This document shows, one piece after another, positions 62,276-64,000 of a DNA stretch of 64,000 nucleotides. Under the pieces are notes generated by a model. It did not search any database and was not told the DNA's origin. It saw only the letters and a list, made by a program, of their open reading frames with translations. Source of the stretch: Octopus sinensis (Eukaryota); contig NC_043005.1 of NCBI RefSeq assembly GCF_006345805.1, forward strand, positions 186,001 through 250,000. Reading direction: 5' to 3'. Numbering within the stretch: position 1 is the stretch's first letter; every line of letters begins with the position of its first letter. The position numbers were made by a program, and so were the translations under genes.

Positions 62276-63585
62276 CTAGCAGAATTGCTCGGCGATTCTC
62301 GGGGCTGAATTGCTTGAAAGTACTGTTAATGATTGCACTGAATTATGATGACTATTCAGGCAAATATTGATATAAGTTTACGGTGGGAGATAAGGACTTA
62401 ACGATCAAACGTGTGCCATTGCATTGTTTTGGGGGAACCAAATTTCTAATGAGCATTATAGGGGCACCAACTTTAAGTTTAAGAATGTGTGGTGGTAGTC
62501 TGGGGGGCTCAAAGGAATTGAGTACCTCTATAGGATAGTTGATGACATCCTCTGGGTCAGGAGTTGTATCGATAGACTTATATACATAGACATGCCCAGG
62601 AATGAATTTTAGCATTTCATCATTTATATGGTGAACAGTTTTATTCCTCGGGGCCAGAATAGCCCTTTGGCCAATCCAATCCATATTATGATAATTAGCT
62701 TGTAGATCTGGGAACACTGTATCTCTGAGATCAGAAGGCGTTTTAACAATGGTACAAATGGAATCGATGGCAATATTACCATTTTCATCCCCTGGTATTT
62801 TGCCTTCGCCAAGTGCAAGGAGGGTGTGAGAAAATGCTGCTGATGTGATATCATGTCGCATATGAGCATGCATATTGGTGTGAAGTTTGAGAGTCTTCAC
62901 CAGTGGCCACAATGTGGATGACTTAAGACACGCACTTACTGCATCAACTCTAGTCCCTTTGGGAATAACGGGAAGTGTTTGTCGGAAGTCCCCTGAAAGA
63001 AGAAGTGTTATGCCTGACATGGGAGCTGAAGAGTGTTTGATGTCTCAGAGAGATCTATCTAGTGCCTCAAGAGCACGTCTGTGGGCCATCGTGCATTCAT
63101 CCCAAACGATAAGCTTGCATCGTCTGAAGACTTCTGCTTGATCGGCGCTGTTACTGATGTTGCAAGCTGGTGTCTCAGTCTTCGCTAAGTCAAGCGGGAA
63201 CTTGAAAGTGGAATGAGCTGTCCTGCCGCCTGGCAACAAAGTAGCCGCAATTCCAGATGATGCCACAGCTAGGGCAATGCCTTGTGTTCGCCTAATCTCA
63301 GCCAATATCAATTTGTTGACAAAAGTTTTCCCAGTGCCCCAGGAGCGTCCAGGAAAAAAATCCCCCCAGCTTTGGGCCGGACTGAATTAACAACGGAGTT
63401 GTAAGCGAACTTTTTTTCTGGAAGGAGCTTTGGCTCATTGTCGGCTATGTACTCGGCAAGCTCGTCAACATTAAAACATGTCTCACGCAGCAAATGTGAA
63501 GACAGAGTGTTTGTGCGTTCCCGGTTTGTTGAAGGTAGGCCATAGACCGGCAAGGCACTACCGCCCATATCAAGTACAGTATTTT
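62276..63585 (-). mobile_element. Helitron 3' fragment (PIF1-like helicase remnants)
   Basis: DAPG..GK, VASSGIAATLLPGGRTAHS.FK.P, IVWDEC.M, GDFRQ.LPVIP, LKLKVG.PIML.RNL..CNGTRL; GC hairpin remnant then CTAG|T at 62276. Confidence 0.92.
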
Positions 63586-63624
63586 CGAACGTAGTTTGTT
63601 ACCACACAGCCAAACCTGCCCCTA

Positions 63625-63660
<36 letters not shown>

Positions 63661-64000
63661 GTAATGTGAATGAAATGTGAAAAAATGTTAACCGTGGAAG
63701 GAAAAGAAAGAAATATTAGCAGCTGAAAGAAATTTTTATGCGAGTATAGCGACAGAGTGTGTAAAATGTATTGAAATTTGAGTTAAAAGCAAGAAAATAA
63801 AGTTAGATTTGCAAGAATGGAAGTAGTTTACGTACATGTTCGAAATGTGAAGTGTTTTAGTTGTTTAATCAAATATTTGCGTAAAGTGTATAGAAAGGTA
63901 AATTGAAAAAGAAAATGAATTGAAATTTTTAAGAAAGGAATTTGTTTACATACATGTGTCAAATGGCAAATGTTTGTACAGTTGTCCGAAATGGGACCAG

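Noticed and set aside
62352-63568. Host PIF1 helicase gene
   Set aside because: It is intronless and frameshifted, and ends in a hairpin plus CTAG|T, so it is a Helitron.
51500-64000. Catalase-like allene oxide synthase domain fused to the LOX
   Set aside because: No catalase-like peptide was seen; the upstream sequence is TE and repeat.

Overview
AT-rich animal genomic DNA saturated with microsatellites and transposable elements. The SINE, Dong/R4, RTE and Penelope repertoire suggests an octopus or other cephalopod (inference). There is one host gene, a minus-strand lipoxygenase (PUFA/arachidonate LOX family). I rebuilt it by hand from 10 GT-AG exons spread over 48 kb (51497 to 3486, about 358 aa). 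Its 3' exons (third His ligand, C-terminal Ile) appear to lie beyond base 1, and no recognisable PLAT exon was found upstream. The enzyme is divergent: both His ligands in view are kept, the conserved Glu after the second His is Gln, and the Coffa site is Ala. Exon 9 carries three 1-nt deletions that may be assembly errors. The introns hold Penelope-like elements with minimal hammerhead ribozyme motifs, Dong/R4 LINEs at (TAA)n, RTE, CR1 and Tx1 LINE pieces, a Mag-type Gypsy, mariner and maT transposons, Helitron pieces, MITEs and three SINE families. The main leads are (1) the divergent, possibly catalytically altered LOX, (2) hammerheads whose 3:8 core pair covaries (U:A, A:U, G:C) and which share an ACCGGT palindrome, several in sense with the LOX pre-mRNA, (3) a tRNA-headed, hammerhead-tailed SINE-like element, and (4) a recent intronic inverted duplication. 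Most ORF-track entries are microsatellite artefacts or TE fragments. All calls were made by eye, without database searches.
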